A stretch of DNA of 64,000 nt. It comes from Octopus sinensis (taxonomy: Eukaryota). The position numbers and the translations under genes were made by a program. Below the pieces are notes generated by a model. That model was not told the origin of the DNA and did no database searches. It was given only the letters and a program-made list of their open reading frames with translations. Location of the stretch: positions 12,338,001-12,402,000 of the forward strand of contig NC_043006.1 of the NCBI RefSeq assembly GCF_006345805.1. The letters run 5' to 3'. Below, in pieces: positions 26,869 through 40,928 of this stretch (within the stretch, counting starts at the first letter, position 1; each line of letters begins with the position of its first letter).

Positions 26869-27346
26869 ATTGTCTTGGTATAAAAGATGGGCTACAGCAA
26901 ATAGTATGCTCAATACCACAGATTTGCTTGTCAGTTGTTTGACCTTAACCAGTTGAGCATGTCCCTTAGTGGCTGACGATATGTGCATCTCTTATCACGA
27001 GCAGAAGTAGTGGGGGAGCATCATAGCCATGTGTTGAGAAGGATTCTTTGGGGTTTGAATAATTCACCTCTGGAAACATGGGTGTTTCGTTCAACGTCCT
27101 TAAACAACCCTTATTCAGGGACCTTTTGAGCGGGATGGGTTACTCGATCTGAAGAAAATTCTAACTGGGCTCCACCTGGAAGGTCATGTGCTGTTTATCT
27201 TGATATGAGATCACCATGTCGCGCACATATGGTTGTGATGCATGTGCCTGGTGTACCCTTATCAGACGGGTAGTCATGATGGGTATACTGGGCTTCGTAT
27301 ATTTTACCCCAGTGTCACTTTGATGGCATGCTCTGCTCGCTCACTC
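26869..27346 (+). mobile_element. Family G repeat embedded in (AAT)n, copy 1
   Basis: About 480 bp, highly similar to 27384-27863 and 31074-31759; fixed right end fused to (AAT)n. Confidence 0.85.
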
Positions 27347-27351
27347 AATAC

Positions 27352-27383
<32 letters not shown>

Positions 27384-27863
27384 GTTTTGTCTTGGTATGA
27401 AAGAAGGGCTACAGCAAATAGTCTGCTCAATACCACAGATTTGCTTGTCAGTTGTTTGACCGTAACCAGTTGAGCATGTCCCTTAGTGGCTGACGATATG
27501 TGCATCTCTGATCACAAGCAGAAGTAGTAGGGGAGCGTCATGGCCATGTGTTGAGAGGGATTCTTTGGGGTTTGAATAATTCACCTCTGGAAACATGGGT
27601 GGTTCTTTCAACATCCTTAAACAACCCTTATTCAGGGACCTTTTGAGCAGGATGGGCTACACGACCAGAAGAAAATTCTAACTGGGCCCCACCTGCTAGG
27701 TCATGCGCTGTTTACCTTGATATGAGATCACCATGTCGAGCACATATGGTTGTGATGCATGTGCCTGGTGTACCCTTATCAGACGGGTAGTCATGATGGG
27801 TATATTGGGCTTCGTATATTTTACCACAGTGTCACTTTGATGGCATGAACTGCTCTCTCACTC
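27384..27863 (+). mobile_element. Family G repeat embedded in (AAT)n, copy 2
   Basis: Tandem with copy 1, separated by (AAT)n. Confidence 0.85.
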
Positions 27864-27892
27864 AATAATAATAATAATAATAATAATAATAG

Positions 27893-29206
27893 TTTCTACT
27901 ATAGGCACAAGGCTTGACATTTGGGGGATAGGACTAGCGTTTCACTGGTACTTAATTTATCGACCCCGAAAGGATGATAGGCAAAGTCGACCTTGGTAGA
28001 ACATGAACTCACAACGTAATCATTTGTACTATAGGCAAAAGGAGTGAATTTTAGTGGGAGGGAACTAGTCGATTATATCGACCCCAGTACTTGTCTAGAA
28101 CTTATTTTATCGATCCTAAAATGAATGGCGAGGTCAACCTCGGCGGCGTTTGAACTCCGAACATAGAACCTGGATGAATTATTGCTTATAAGAATCATTA
28201 TTTACTAAAAGAACAAGTGCAGAAAGTATGGGACAGGGAGTAAGTCGGTAACATCGACTCCAGTACTTGAATGGAGGCATTTGCACTCAGAACGTAAGAA
28301 AGGCGTGCTAACGATTCTGCCACTTCGCATAACATTATGAAAGAGGAGGAGGAGAAGAATGGGGCGAAGAAGGGGGGAGGAGGAGGTGGAGGTGGAGGAG
28401 AAGAAAAAGAAAAAGAAGAAGAAGAAGAGGAAGAAGAAGAAGAGGAAGAAGAAGAGGAAGTGGAAGAGGAAGAAGAAGAAGAAGAAGAAGAAGAAGAAGA
28501 AGAAGAAGAAGAAGAAAAAGAGGAAGAAGAAGAAGAAGAACAACAACAACAACAACAACAATAATAATCTTTTCTACTAAAGGCACAAGGCCTGAGATTC
28601 CTGGGGAGGGAACTAGTCGATTATATCGACCCAAATGTTTCACTGGTACTTAATTTATCGACCCCGAAAAGACAAAAAGCAAAGTCGGAATTCCTCGGCG
28701 GAATTTGAATTCAGAACGTTGAGACAGACGTAATACCATTAAGAATTTCGTCCGGTGCGCGAACGATTCTGCCATCTCACCGCCTTAATAGTAATAATAA
28801 TAATGATGATTTAACATTTTTTTCACAAGGGCAGCTTGCGGGAGGGGTTTTAGTCGATGACATTGACCCTAGTGCGTAACTGATACTCATTTAATCGTCC
28901 CGTCCCCGAAAAGTTGAAAGGCAAAGTCGACCTCGGCGGAATTCGAACTCAAAACGTAGCGGCAAACGAAATACCTATTTCTTTACTACCCACAAGGGAC
29001 TAAACACAGAGGGGACGAACAAGGACAGACAAACGGATTAAGTCGATTATATCGACTCCAGTGCGTAACTGGTACTTATTTAATTGACCCCGAAAGGATG
29101 AAGGGCAAAGTCGACCTCGGCTGAATTTGAACTGAGAACGTAGCCGCAGACGAAATACCGCAAAGCATTTCGCCCAGCGTGCTAACGATTCTGCCAGCTC
29201 ACCGCC
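27893..29206 (-). mobile_element. Cluster of co-oriented SINE family A fragments and copies, including a dimer at about 28812-29206
   Basis: Repeated atcgaccccgaaagg / gtcgacctcggcggaatt motifs at about 27960, 28130, 28660, 28920 and 29090, interrupted by (GAA)n. Confidence 0.8.
28340..28568. repeat. (GGA)/(GAA)n/(CAA)n compound microsatellite
   Basis: Read directly; source of the poly-E/K/F ORFs. Confidence 0.95.
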
Positions 29207-29207
<1 letters not shown>

Positions 29208-29278
<71 letters not shown>

Positions 29279-29301
29279 TTATGGTGGCGGTTATGGTGGC
29301 G

Positions 29302-29344
<43 letters not shown>

Positions 29345-29459
29345 CAGCAGCAGCAGTTATAGTAGTAGTAGTAGTAGTAGTAGTAATAGTAGTAGCTGCA
29401 GCAGCCGTAGCAGCAGCAGTCGTAGCAGCAGCAGCAGCAGCCGTAGCAGCAGCAGTAGC

Positions 29460-29491
<32 letters not shown>

Positions 29492-29523
29492 TAGTGGTAG
29501 TAGTAGTAGCAGCAGCAGCATCC

Positions 29524-29579
<56 letters not shown>

Positions 29580-29580
29580 T
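29208..29580. repeat. (AAT)n-(TAG)n-(CAG)n compound microsatellite
   Basis: Read directly. Confidence 0.95.
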
Positions 29581-29769
29581 ATTTCTTGCAATTCTAGGTC
29601 GAATAAAAAAAATGGCCATTCAATCACGGTGTTCGATGAAATCGAATAACTCAATCTCCTTAAAAAAAAACAAAAAAAAAACAACAACAGAAAAAAAAAC
29701 AAAATGAGCCGAAAAACGAAAAAAACAAACAAACAAACAAACAAACAAACAAAACGAACTTACTTTCCC

Positions 29770-30010
29770 CTGTGCTTAAGGCCAAGGAAAGGCAATTACT
29801 TTTTATTTCGTAAGTGTTGTTGTAAAGTTCACGAGGTGGAAAGAGCTGAAGGCCGTTAACTTTTCCATTTTGTCGAGACCCCCAGTTACAGTTTTCCAAG
29901 TTTCACTTGAAACGGAGTGTGGAAGGAAAACGCTGCTTTTCATTGAATTTGTGAAAGGTGGGTGACTGTGGCGTTCATGCCCTGAATGAAAGGGTCTGTT
30001 CTGAGCATGT
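29770..30010 (+). pseudogene. Possible L1/Tx1-like LINE ORF2 C-terminal remnant
   Basis: Fragments FSKFHLKR and EFVK-WVTVA resemble Tx1 C-termini; heavily frameshifted. Confidence 0.35.
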
Positions 30011-30292
30011 TCTGGATAAAGACTGTTTAGAGAGAGCGCTTGCTTCAGTGGTCACAGTGTGGCCAATATCTTTTATTAATTAATTAATTAATTAATTAAT
30101 TTATTATTTATTTATTTATTTATGTATTTATTGTTATTGTTTATGAGGGTTCTGTTTTGGTCCTCGGAGGTCTTCCTATTCTGAGAGGCACCGGAATTTA
30201 AAGAGCTGGAACAATAACTGTGAGGTACTAACAACGATGCTTCCTGCTCGGCAATTTGGAAAAGAGTTAATAGAACAACAACAACTACTACA

Positions 30293-30343
<51 letters not shown>

Positions 30344-30729
30344 GCTGCTGCTACTACTGCTGCTGCTGCTGCTAATACTCATTTTACATCGAACCTAAAA
30401 ATATACTGGACTAAGACAACTGTTTGTAAAGATAACAAAATAATGGATCCTACTACATGAACAAAATTTTAAAGTAGATGGAAGAAGAACTCATTTCCTA
30501 GAACATGACCCGTACTTATTTAACAGACCTCTGAGAGACGAAAGACTATCATGCTGGGATTTGAACTCAGAAGCATAAAAGGTAAGAAAATACTGTTAGG
30601 CAATCTATCCAGTGCTCCAAATATTTCAACCGCTATTGTTGATGATAATTGCTTGCACAGGAACGAAACACTTTCTTTAATCGATTAAATCAATGAAGTA
30701 CTCGACTGATGTGGTGTTTAGAACAGGCC

Positions 30730-30980
30730 TTTGTCATAGGCATTATCTCGTGCCCGAGTATTTATTTTCTGCGTTGCTGAACGCTTCATTTATGATGAAT
30801 GTGTTGATGACTAAGTAGTCCAATTCTTGCAAAGAAGAATCGATGGCATTGACTGCCTGGTAATGTTGGTGAAGGACGAGTTTGATTTTGTCGAGCCTTT
30901 CTCTTCTACAGTTCGATTTCTTCCTTTTCTCTTCTGGTGCCTTCGAAGTTTTTGGTTCCGATGGTGATAAAACACCTCCA
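30730..30980 (-). mobile_element. RTE-BovB-like LINE 3' end fragment
   Basis: 30980-30786 translates as WRCFITIGTKNFEGTRREKEEIEL*KRKARQNQTRPSPTLPGSQCHRFFFARIGLLSHQHIHHK*, matching the RTE C-terminal C..C.R.F.xRIGL.SH...H motif. A short 3' UTR with a ctcgggcacgag stem follows. Confidence 0.75.
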
Positions 30981-31029
30981 CTTATTATTATAATTTTTAT
31001 TATAATTAAAATGCCAGCTCGCAGGTATT

Positions 31030-31073
<44 letters not shown>

Positions 31074-31077
<4 letters not shown>

Positions 31078-31759
31078 GCCCTGATGCAGTACCAGACAGT
31101 GGCTCTCGTGGCTTCTGATCTTAATTGATTAGAAGTGTTATAATGTACATTCTTTTGTCTTGGTCATCCTTTCGGGGTCGATAAATTAAGTACCAGTTAC
31201 GCACTGGGGTCGATGTAATCGACATATTACCTATGCCTGTCCTTGTTTGTCCCCTCTATGTTTAGCCCCTTGTGGGTAATAAAGAAATAGGTATAAAAGG
31301 TGGGCTACAGCAAATATTCTGCTCAATACCACAGACTTGCTTGTCAGTTGTTTGACTTTAACCAGTTGAGCATGTCCCTTAGTGGTTGACGACATGTACA
31401 TCTCTGATCACGAGCAGAAGTAGTGGGGGAGCATCATAGCCGTGTGTTAAAAGGCATTCTTAGAGGTTTGGATAATTCACCTTTGGAAACACGGTTGTTT
31501 CGTTCAACATCCTTAGACAACCCTTATTCAGGGACCTTTTCAGCGGGATAGGCTACTCAACCTGAAGAAAATTCTAACTGGGCCCCACCTGCAAGGTCAT
31601 GCGGTGTTTATCTTCACATGAGATCACCATGTTGCGCACATATGGTTGTGATGCATGTGCTTGGTGTACCCTTATCAGACGGGTAGTCAAGATGGGTATA
31701 CTGGGCTTCGTATATTTTACCCCAGTGTCACTTTGATTGCATGCACTGCTCTCTCAATC
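31074..31759 (+). mobile_element. Family G copy 3 (longer 5' end), interrupted by a SINE A fragment at 31165-31289
   Basis: (AAT)n on both sides; G sequence breaks at tgtcttggt and resumes at ataaaag. Confidence 0.85.
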
Positions 31760-31798
31760 AATAATAAAAATAAGAACAACAACAACAATAAAAATAAA

Positions 31799-31842
<44 letters not shown>

Positions 31843-31888
31843 TGATGATGATGATGATTATGATGATGATGATGATTATGATGATAAT

Positions 31889-31919
<31 letters not shown>

Positions 31920-32510
31920 TAATAATAATAATAATAATAATAGATAGCGAAAGTCAGCGTCCTTGAGCCTTTATTTCTTCCAAGACTCTGAGACTAGTGG
32001 AATGAAGACAGGAAGATATCAGTTATCCAGAGACCTGAAACTGATATTATTATAACTGTCGATCCGTTAAAAATGTCCAATGACCAGATGGTGTTGGTGT
32101 GAGTGTCATTGTTGCTGGTGGTGATCAATCTGGCCAAGTATAAATTATATTTCGCAACAACTCAGAGTGCAAATTGCCTCACGCTTCTAACAGTTCTGCA
32201 ACCAAAGCCTTGGTCTCCTACTTTATTTTATATACTCCCACGTCCCACCCGAGCACAAAGTACCAGAAACAATGCCGGCCACAGCAGGATTTGAACGCAG
32301 AACACACAAGACCAGGACAAATGCCGCAAAACATTTTCTTTTAGGTTCTAAGACTCTGGTGTAATGTGCAAATATGTGATTGGTTGTGTTTTTATGTTTG
32401 TGTGTGTGAACATGTGTATGTGTGCTCTGAGTATGTGTGTGCTGCATGTGTATGTTTTATGAGTGTGTCTGCGTGTCCAATTTAGGCAACTGAATTATAC
32501 CCGTATTGTG

Positions 32511-32890
32511 TACATGTGTATGTATTTGTTTGTGTTATGTTTGTCTACCCACCCACACATCGCTTGACAACTTGAATATACGTCCCCATAACTTAGCGGC
32601 TTGCCAAAAGAAAACCGACAGAAGACATAACCAGGCTTAAAATATAAATACTAGGAATGATTTGTTCCACCACTAATCAAAGCGATGCTGCAGCATGACC
32701 GCAGTATTATATACATGTGTATGTATTTGTTTGTGTTATGTTTGTCCATCCACCCACACATCGCTTGACAACTTGCATATACGTCCCCATAACTTAGCGG
32801 TTTGCCAAAAGAAAACCGACAGAATAAATACCAAGCTTAAAATATAAATACTAGGAATGATTTGTTCCACCACATATAAAAGCGGTGCTG
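32511..32890 (+). repeat. Local ~200-bp tandem duplication containing a SINE B 3' half
   Basis: 32511-32673 is nearly repeated at 32712-32872. Confidence 0.85.
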
Positions 32891-34162
32891 AAACTAGTAA
32901 AAGAGGATGAATAAAATATACTGTTTGACTCGGCACTCTGTAAAATGTCCAATATTTCAAGGAATAAAACGTGATAGTGGCATTGATGCCTTTCCAATTG
33001 TTTATCCCTGATAGAAGTAACAGAAATAAATTTAACGGAAGATAGAAATCACGTAGTTGATCCAAACTTCCCACTTGCCAGTTACTTACCTGCTGCATAC
33101 GTTCAATGATTTCTTGGCTGAAATGTTTTTGCGATATCAACTAAACTAATGATAGCATCTACTCTCCGTCATGCAGAGAAACTACTCAATGTCTTATCCA
33201 ATAGACTTTCGGGCCCCTTCTTTTACGAAGCCATGCCAAAAACGACATCAACTGACCAATTAAATAATCTATCTTTATCAATCATTTTCCCCGAGTTCAT
33301 TTCTTAATTGATACTTGTTATTTTGTCTTGGTACTTATTCATTGCCCAACGCCACCCCGAGCAAGATAATATTTAATCCTTTTATAATCTTTTCTCATTT
33401 TTCCCTACTTTTCTTTGTCTTTTCTTGTTTTTCTCAACGACCAACTCACCTCATTTGATTTATTGCGCTCCATTTTCTTTTTCGCATTTGTCTTCCTCCA
33501 ACACTAAATAAGTATTTGTTTTTACTTGTATTTATTTATTACTTTCCTTTTCTTAATCTCCTTCGCAAAGAATTCGTCTTCGCTCGCTGCTGTGTATATT
33601 CCATTCCATCTCATTATTCCTTACCCCATAATTATTGCAGCAAGACATGTTTCTTTCCCTACAGTTTAGAGGTGATAGTGTAGCGATCTCACGTAGATTT
33701 CAATCTCATTTATTATCCCTTACTCTCTCTTTCTCTCCCCTCTGTCTCTCTGTCTCTCCCTCCTCTCTATCTCTATCTCAAAGACTCAGTGGTTATCTGG
33801 TCTAGTTGGCAACTTTTCCAAATAAGTTTGTATTTTATATTTGTTTCTTTTCACATTTTTTCCTTTTAACTGATTCAATTCAATATCGCTCTTCCGTTTA
33901 ATCACCATGATGGGTGAAAAATATTTCTGGATATCACATTTAAATTAAAATTTAGAATGTTTATTTAATCTAAGCTGTCACAAAATCCAATATATGAATA
34001 TTTTTTTCAATAATTAATTATCCTTTATATATATATTTTTATTTTATTTTCGTGTATACTTGAGATTTCGCTCAATTCCTACTTGAGATAGGCATAGGTA
34101 GGAAAATAGTACACGTAGGTGATTAGAAAAGCTAAAACAGAAAAGTATATATATGTATATAT

Positions 34163-34212
<50 letters not shown>

Positions 34213-34358
34213 CATACATATATACATATGTACATAGACACACATATGCACACACAAATACATATATATATATATCTACTGTATTAGGTTTTAATCACTA
34301 ACATAAATATATGTACATGTTTATACATACATACATATATACATATATACATACATAT

Positions 34359-34411
<53 letters not shown>

Positions 34412-34573
34412 CATATATATATACATACATATATACATATATATATACATACATACATATATACATACATATATACATACATATATACATACATACATAC
34501 ATACATACATACATACATACGTAGACACACACATACATACACGCACATGCATATATAGACTTTCAGACACAAA

Positions 34574-34606
<33 letters not shown>

Positions 34607-35472
34607 TCGTAAGTATAAGTATGGTGCTGCAACTAGAACATTACTCTCAATTACGGAAATCGACGAGGAGGTCAACCAAGCAAACATCACTGACAAAGAA
34701 AACCACCATAACATTATATTTGCTCCATTTCCTTAATGGTAGTACACGGTAATTGTAAATAATAGATTTTTCTCATTTATCAATTCTAAATAGACGATCG
34801 TAAAGTACCGTCAGGGTGTAAGATTTAAGCACTCAATATGGTGAAGAATTTTGTTCTTACACAATATATTAGAATGTTTTATAGAAAGTCCTGACATTCC
34901 TGAAACGATATCGTTTATTTAGTTCTTTACTTATACGTTTATTTATTTTAGAAATATTGTCTTCTTGAGAAAAATGGGAACCATTCGAAGACATCACCTT
35001 TTGCATCTACGTCTGATATACGAACTAGACGATCCTACATAGGTTTAGATTTACCTTTTCCTCAAAGCAATAAGATGTACTCTACGTATTCTATATCGGA
35101 ATTCCTGTATTTACTGATTGTCCATACACACCCTCGAATCTACTGTTTACTTTTTTACCTAGGGTACCATATGGATATCTATCATTTTTGCTATCATTTG
35201 GCTGTTTATATTGAATATAATTTGTTGTGTTAAATGGACAAAAATATCTGACCTCCGATTTGCCGCTGATAAATCGTAGGTACGTTATCCTATCTGAAGA
35301 ACTGAAAATAACACCTGAATTATACAACTCACTGGTTCGTGGTTGCTATTTCTGTAAGTTAAGGAGATAGATCTAAGGATCTCCTAATTGCTCGGGAAGA
35401 CAACGATGGTTTGCTCAGCTGGTGTGATTCGTATATTTATTTTCACGTATCTCTAGAACTCACACACACGCA

Positions 35473-35535
<63 letters not shown>

Positions 35536-35812
35536 TATATATATATAAGCACGACGAGCTTCCACCCAGTTTCTGTCAACCTAATTCCCTCACGCGACAT
35601 TACTTGGCTCGGGGTTATAGAAGAAGGCACATTGGCAAGGCGCCACATCATTCGTTTCTATGGAATGTCCAGTACTACTTATACAAATGTCCTTTGATTT
35701 CTTAAGAAGTTAGGGTTATGTCTGATGGCTATGCGATTGTAATTCTCAGCAAGTCCATTGACTGTGTAGTGCAGTAATGTCAAACAGCTTCACCCGGTGA
35801 GTCGACATGTTA

Positions 35813-36048
35813 AAAGTAATAATAAATGCGCCCTTTTTAAAGCTTAGCCAGACTCATGGGCCCGGTTTCCCTGTTTCAATGGCGTATGTCTTCCCCAGCT
35901 GGACGGGACGCCAGTCCATCGCAGCGTACACTCATTTTTGCCAGCTGAGTGGACTGGAGCAACGTGAAGTGAAGTGTTTTGCTCAAGAACACAACGCGTC
36001 GCCCGGTCCAGATGCTGACACCCTAACCACTAAGCCACGCGCCTCCAC
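35813..36048 (-). mobile_element. SINE family D with B-box deletion
   Basis: TSD agtcgacatgtta (35800-35812) / agtcgaaatgtta (36049-36061); lacks about 28 nt (gaatcgaaaccacaatcttacgatcat) at about 36010. Confidence 0.85.
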
Positions 36049-37295
36049 AGTCGAAATGTTATTTATGTAAAATGCTTGTTACTGGAGTGTCACTTCTGTA
36101 TAAACCTGTATTTTGACTTTGGCTTTTGATTTTACATTAGCCTTTTATGTTTAACAGGATATTGTAGGGCGAATTTTTTCTTTTCTCATTTTGTCAGATG
36201 TCATCTAAAAAGTCGGGGCATGTTAGCGCTGAAACCCGTGTTATAGGTTCGCTCATCAATGGTTTCTAGGCTCTCAATTTGACTATATATCGAATACTGT
36301 TTATGTATATACGGTTATTACTTAAACTCCGTTGTGATTAAGATAATAAAACATAAATATTAATAAAATTCGCACATGTCAAACGAATGCAGCAAAGAAT
36401 TGCAGATTATAAATTTATAATACAACTTAGATATCGTGAATTAAACTAATTAAACAATATTAGGAATATACTTTATTAATACTGGATTATAATATGAAGC
36501 TGATTTCTAGAAGGGAAAGTAACTGACAGATATAATTCCTTTACCTTCCTTGCAATGGAAATAAAGATCGTTCAAACCTCCCGGATATATATGTTAATGG
36601 ATGCCGGATGTAGCATAGACCGCCATTCCTTCATTTCTAGGAATATTAATCAAAGTTATTCATACTATAAATATTGTGAACTAATGTTAACTAATATTCG
36701 AAACTGATGGTCGTCTCGGTACTTCAAACCATTAGTCAATGCTTTTAGAGTCGCTAAACGATCTCAGCTCAGCGAAGTTTAACTGAATTAGTTTATCCAC
36801 AACAGACTAATATTATTTAACCCTAGGTCAACCCACATCAGCCAGAATCAGGGTCAAAGGAATACTTGTTGTGACACTTAGGTCTTTTTAGATATTGTTA
36901 TCTTTCCTTATTTAGAGCAAGATAGGGTTGCTATTTCTGTAAGACAGAAGGATCAAATTGGGGATTCCTCCATAGCTTTGCAAGACATTGATAGTTTGTA
37001 CAGCTGCTGCGATTTGTAAGTTTACTTTTATGTATCTCTAGGACACTCAGTTACTTACTCGCAAATTCCCTGAGCGCGCAATTCATTTGATCAATCCATT
37101 GCACACACTCGCACACGCGCAACACACATGCACACACAACACACATACACACACATGCACACTCACATACAAAGTAAATTATGGGCTGCATGGAAAATGA
37201 ACAGTTTTAAACGCGAGACACATAACACTAACAACAGAACTGTACATCCGTATACTAAGTAACATAGTTTATTTTATCTATGTATATGTATACCT

Positions 37296-37552
37296 GTGGA
37301 GTCGCGTGGCTTAGTGGTTAGGGTGTCAGCATCATGATCGTAAGATTGTGGTTTCGATTCCTGGAACGGGCGACGCGTTGTGTTCTTGAGCAAAACATTT
37401 CATTTCATGTTGCTCCAGTCCACTCAGCTGGCAAAGATGTGTAACGCTGCGATGGACTGGTGTTCCATCCAGCTGGGGAATACATATGCCATGGAAACAG
37501 GGAAACAGGGCCCATGGGCCTGGCTACGCTTTAAAAGGGGCGCATTTATTAT
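37296..37552 (+). mobile_element. SINE family D, full length
   Basis: 13-bp TSD tatatgtatacct at 37283-37295 and 37553-37565. Confidence 0.9.
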
Positions 37553-37937
37553 TATATGTATACCTACAATACTTGGTAATACAGAGAAAAAAAAAAAAAA
37601 CGAATACGGAGCACATATGTAGGAAATTAATCTCATTTCAGATCGAGCATTGAACGGAATGCAGAAGCAGGCGCATATCGAACGTAGCACTGGATCTAGG
37701 GTGAAATTCGATCCCCTGCCTACACCATTTAGGCTTCGCACGAACTGCTTAATTCAATAAGAATTGTTAGAGAATAACAGTTATTCTAAAGTTAGTCTAT
37801 GATGCGTTTAATATAGACGAGGCAAAACTACTTATCGATCTGTTGTTATCTCTCCTCCTTTGACCTGTTATCTTTGTCTCTATTAACAAGGAAAAACAAT
37901 ACGTATATTCGTATGCAATATATACATACATACATAC

Positions 37938-37968
<31 letters not shown>

Positions 37969-38031
37969 CATATATATATACATAGATGAGTGTATTTTTG
38001 CCTTGTTAACAATATATATATATAGATAAGC

Positions 38032-38072
<41 letters not shown>

Positions 38073-38155
38073 TCTAATACATACATAAAATGCATACACA
38101 TATGTATATATAATACATACATACATATATATACACATATGTATACACAATGCAA

Positions 38156-38198
<43 letters not shown>

Positions 38199-39085
38199 CT
38201 CACATATAAGTATACACAATACAAACACACACACATATATATACAATACAGAAATATATAATACATATATATTTTATACACACATTTACATAATTGCATA
38301 CATATATATATATTATATATATATATATATATATACATATATAACACACACGTATATATATATATATATAGCATACACAGATACATGCATATATATATGA
38401 TACATACGTATGCATTATATGTGTGTGTAGATATATTTATGTATATATTTATTATTACGTATACAAACATACACACACACACACGTATCCACACATAATT
38501 TTGAACAAACAATGTAGCAGATGCAGCACGTATATTTCCAAATATTATGTTTCTCTATTTACTATTGGTTGTCTTGAGGATAAACCAGAAGTTTGATATA
38601 TGCCTGTTATTTGCCGAGGTAACAACCTTTGACTTTCATTTTCAACATATAAACGTAGCTGTCTATTGTTCTTTCTACAAAATGGCTGTTCCGAGGAAAT
38701 TGTTCAATGATGGAAGCTTAGAAGGCATTCAATATTACCCAATATATTTTACACATTTTCATCTGTCCTGCTTCTCTGAATATTTCTAAAATATCTCGCT
38801 GCTTATTAAAATATCATTATTGGTAACTCTCTTCAGTGTTAAATAACTGTTTCACGGAAATATTAAGTTTCAACACCAATAACTATACTTTCATATATTG
38901 GGACACTGCCATACACTGTGTGTGTGTGTGTGCATAAGAGAGAGAGAGAGAGAGGAGAGGGAGAGAGATAGAGAAAACTTAGGTTATCAGCTCCGAAGTG
39001 AAGGCAGAAGAATTTGGACTTAAGCACATTAAACATGTATTAGTGCAACGTAGGTGTTGCTTTTATTATATTTCGCCAGTTATAA

Positions 39086-40140
39086 GGCAGTGAGCTGGCA
39101 GAATCGTTAGCAAGCCGCAGAAATAGCTTTGAGGCATTCCGTTCGTTTTTATGTTCAGAGTTCAAACGCCGCTGAGGTCGAGTTTGCCTTTCTTCCTTTC
39201 TTGATCGATAAAATAAACTACCAGTTAAGTATAGGAGTCGATATAATCGATTAACCCTCGGAACCAAATTTTCAGGCCTTGTCTCTGGAGTAGAAAAGAT
39301 TATATTTCCATAGTTAACGAGGTGAGCTGGCAGAATCGCTAGAACTCCCGGAAAACATGCTTTGTGGTATCTGTTCAAAACTCGTCGAGGAAAACTTTAT
39401 TTTTTATCTTTTCAGACGTTGATAGAATAAAATACTTGTCAATTTCTGAGGTCGAATTGACTAATCCCATTCTCTTGTATTTGCTGGCCTTATACTAAGT
39501 TAAGATCCATAAATATTGTTCTAAAAAGGCAGAGAGCTGGCAGAATCGTTAGCACGCCGGGCGAAATGCGTAGCCGTATTTTGTCTGCCGTTACGTTTTT
39601 AGTTCAAATTCCGCCGAGGTCGACTTTGCCTTTCATCCTTTCGGGGTCGATAAACTAAGTACCAGTTACACACTGGGGTCAATATAATCGACTTAATCCA
39701 TGTGTCTGTCCTTGTTTGTCCCCTCTGTGTGTAGCCCCTTGTGGGTAGTAAAGAAATAGGTATTTCGTCTGCCGTTACGTTCTGAGTTCAAATTCTGCCG
39801 AGGTCGATTTCGCCGTTTATCCTTTCAGGGTCGACTAAATAAATACCAGTTACGCACTGGGGTCGATATAATCGACTTAATCCGTTTGCCTGTCCTTGTT
39901 TGTCCCCTCAATGTTTAGCCCCTTGTGGGCGATAAAGAAATAAGAATCGTAAGAAGGCCGGTAAAATGTTTTGCGGTATTTGTTCTGACTTTTTTTCACA
40001 TTTCCAGTTCAAATTCCATTAAGTACATCTTTGTCTTTTATTCCCGCCCCTGCGGATAAGAACTCAACTACTGGGGGGGGGGGCACTGCATAAACCACTC
40101 TCCTCTCCCATCAGAATACTTGACCCCTTGCCTTAATTTG
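39086..40140 (+). mobile_element. Tandem cluster of SINE family A copies, including a dimer at 39528-39942
   Basis: Heads gagctggcagaatcg at about 39092, 39324 and 39535; dimer junction aaagaaataggtatttcg at about 39750-39767. Confidence 0.85.
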
Positions 40141-40895
40141 AAGCCGTTGCCTTCCAGTTGTTGTAAAATATGGATCACAAGTGAGATATCATATTCTCGT
40201 TGCTAAAGTTTGCGAGATTAGTGTAGTACGAAGGATTTAAGCATATATAAAGTTTAAAAAGGAAAAAAAAGAAACAAATTATCATGGCATCGGATTCATT
40301 TACATTCCACAGAGAAGAAAACAAAACAGAAAAAAAAATTCTAATTTTATAATTAACAAAACTCTTGCTTGTATTTTCGTGAAAGCTTTATTTAAACATT
40401 TCTCTTAGTATTGTAATTCTTTTTACATTAACGATTGGTGCGAAATCTAATAAATATATGTATACCAGGAATTTCTACGATTGCTATAGCTTTTTATTTG
40501 TAATTTACCGAATTTATTACTCAATTTCTTTTCTCTCGTTATTTATATTTCTTTTTTATGTAACACCGAGGAGAAACCAAACAGCTATTTGATAAGTAAA
40601 AGAAATTACAGTTGATGAGTGCTGTCTTCCAGCTATGCGAAAGAAATCAGCAACTATTCCCTACGTGAGTGAATGAGTTTGTTTATATCACTAGTTTTTC
40701 GTGTTCCTAATTCTAGAATAATACAAAAAAAAAAAAAGGGGAAATGAAGAAGAAAATAGCATGAACATGAAATTTGTGTTGATTGGAGTATTCGGCTAAT
40801 GCAACTTGGGAAATATTTTTAAGAAGCAAATAAATGTCGGAAAAGACATGATAATATATATATATATATATATACACATATGTATACACACACAC

Positions 40896-40928
<33 letters not shown>

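Noticed and set aside
26970-27170. CTGACGA and CTGAAGA words in family G
   Set aside because: No stem II-GAAA-stem III-UH arrangement or stem I closure found.
28205-29744. Poly-E/K/F and poly-N/V/A/T ORFs
   Set aside because: Trinucleotide microsatellites open in several frames on both strands.
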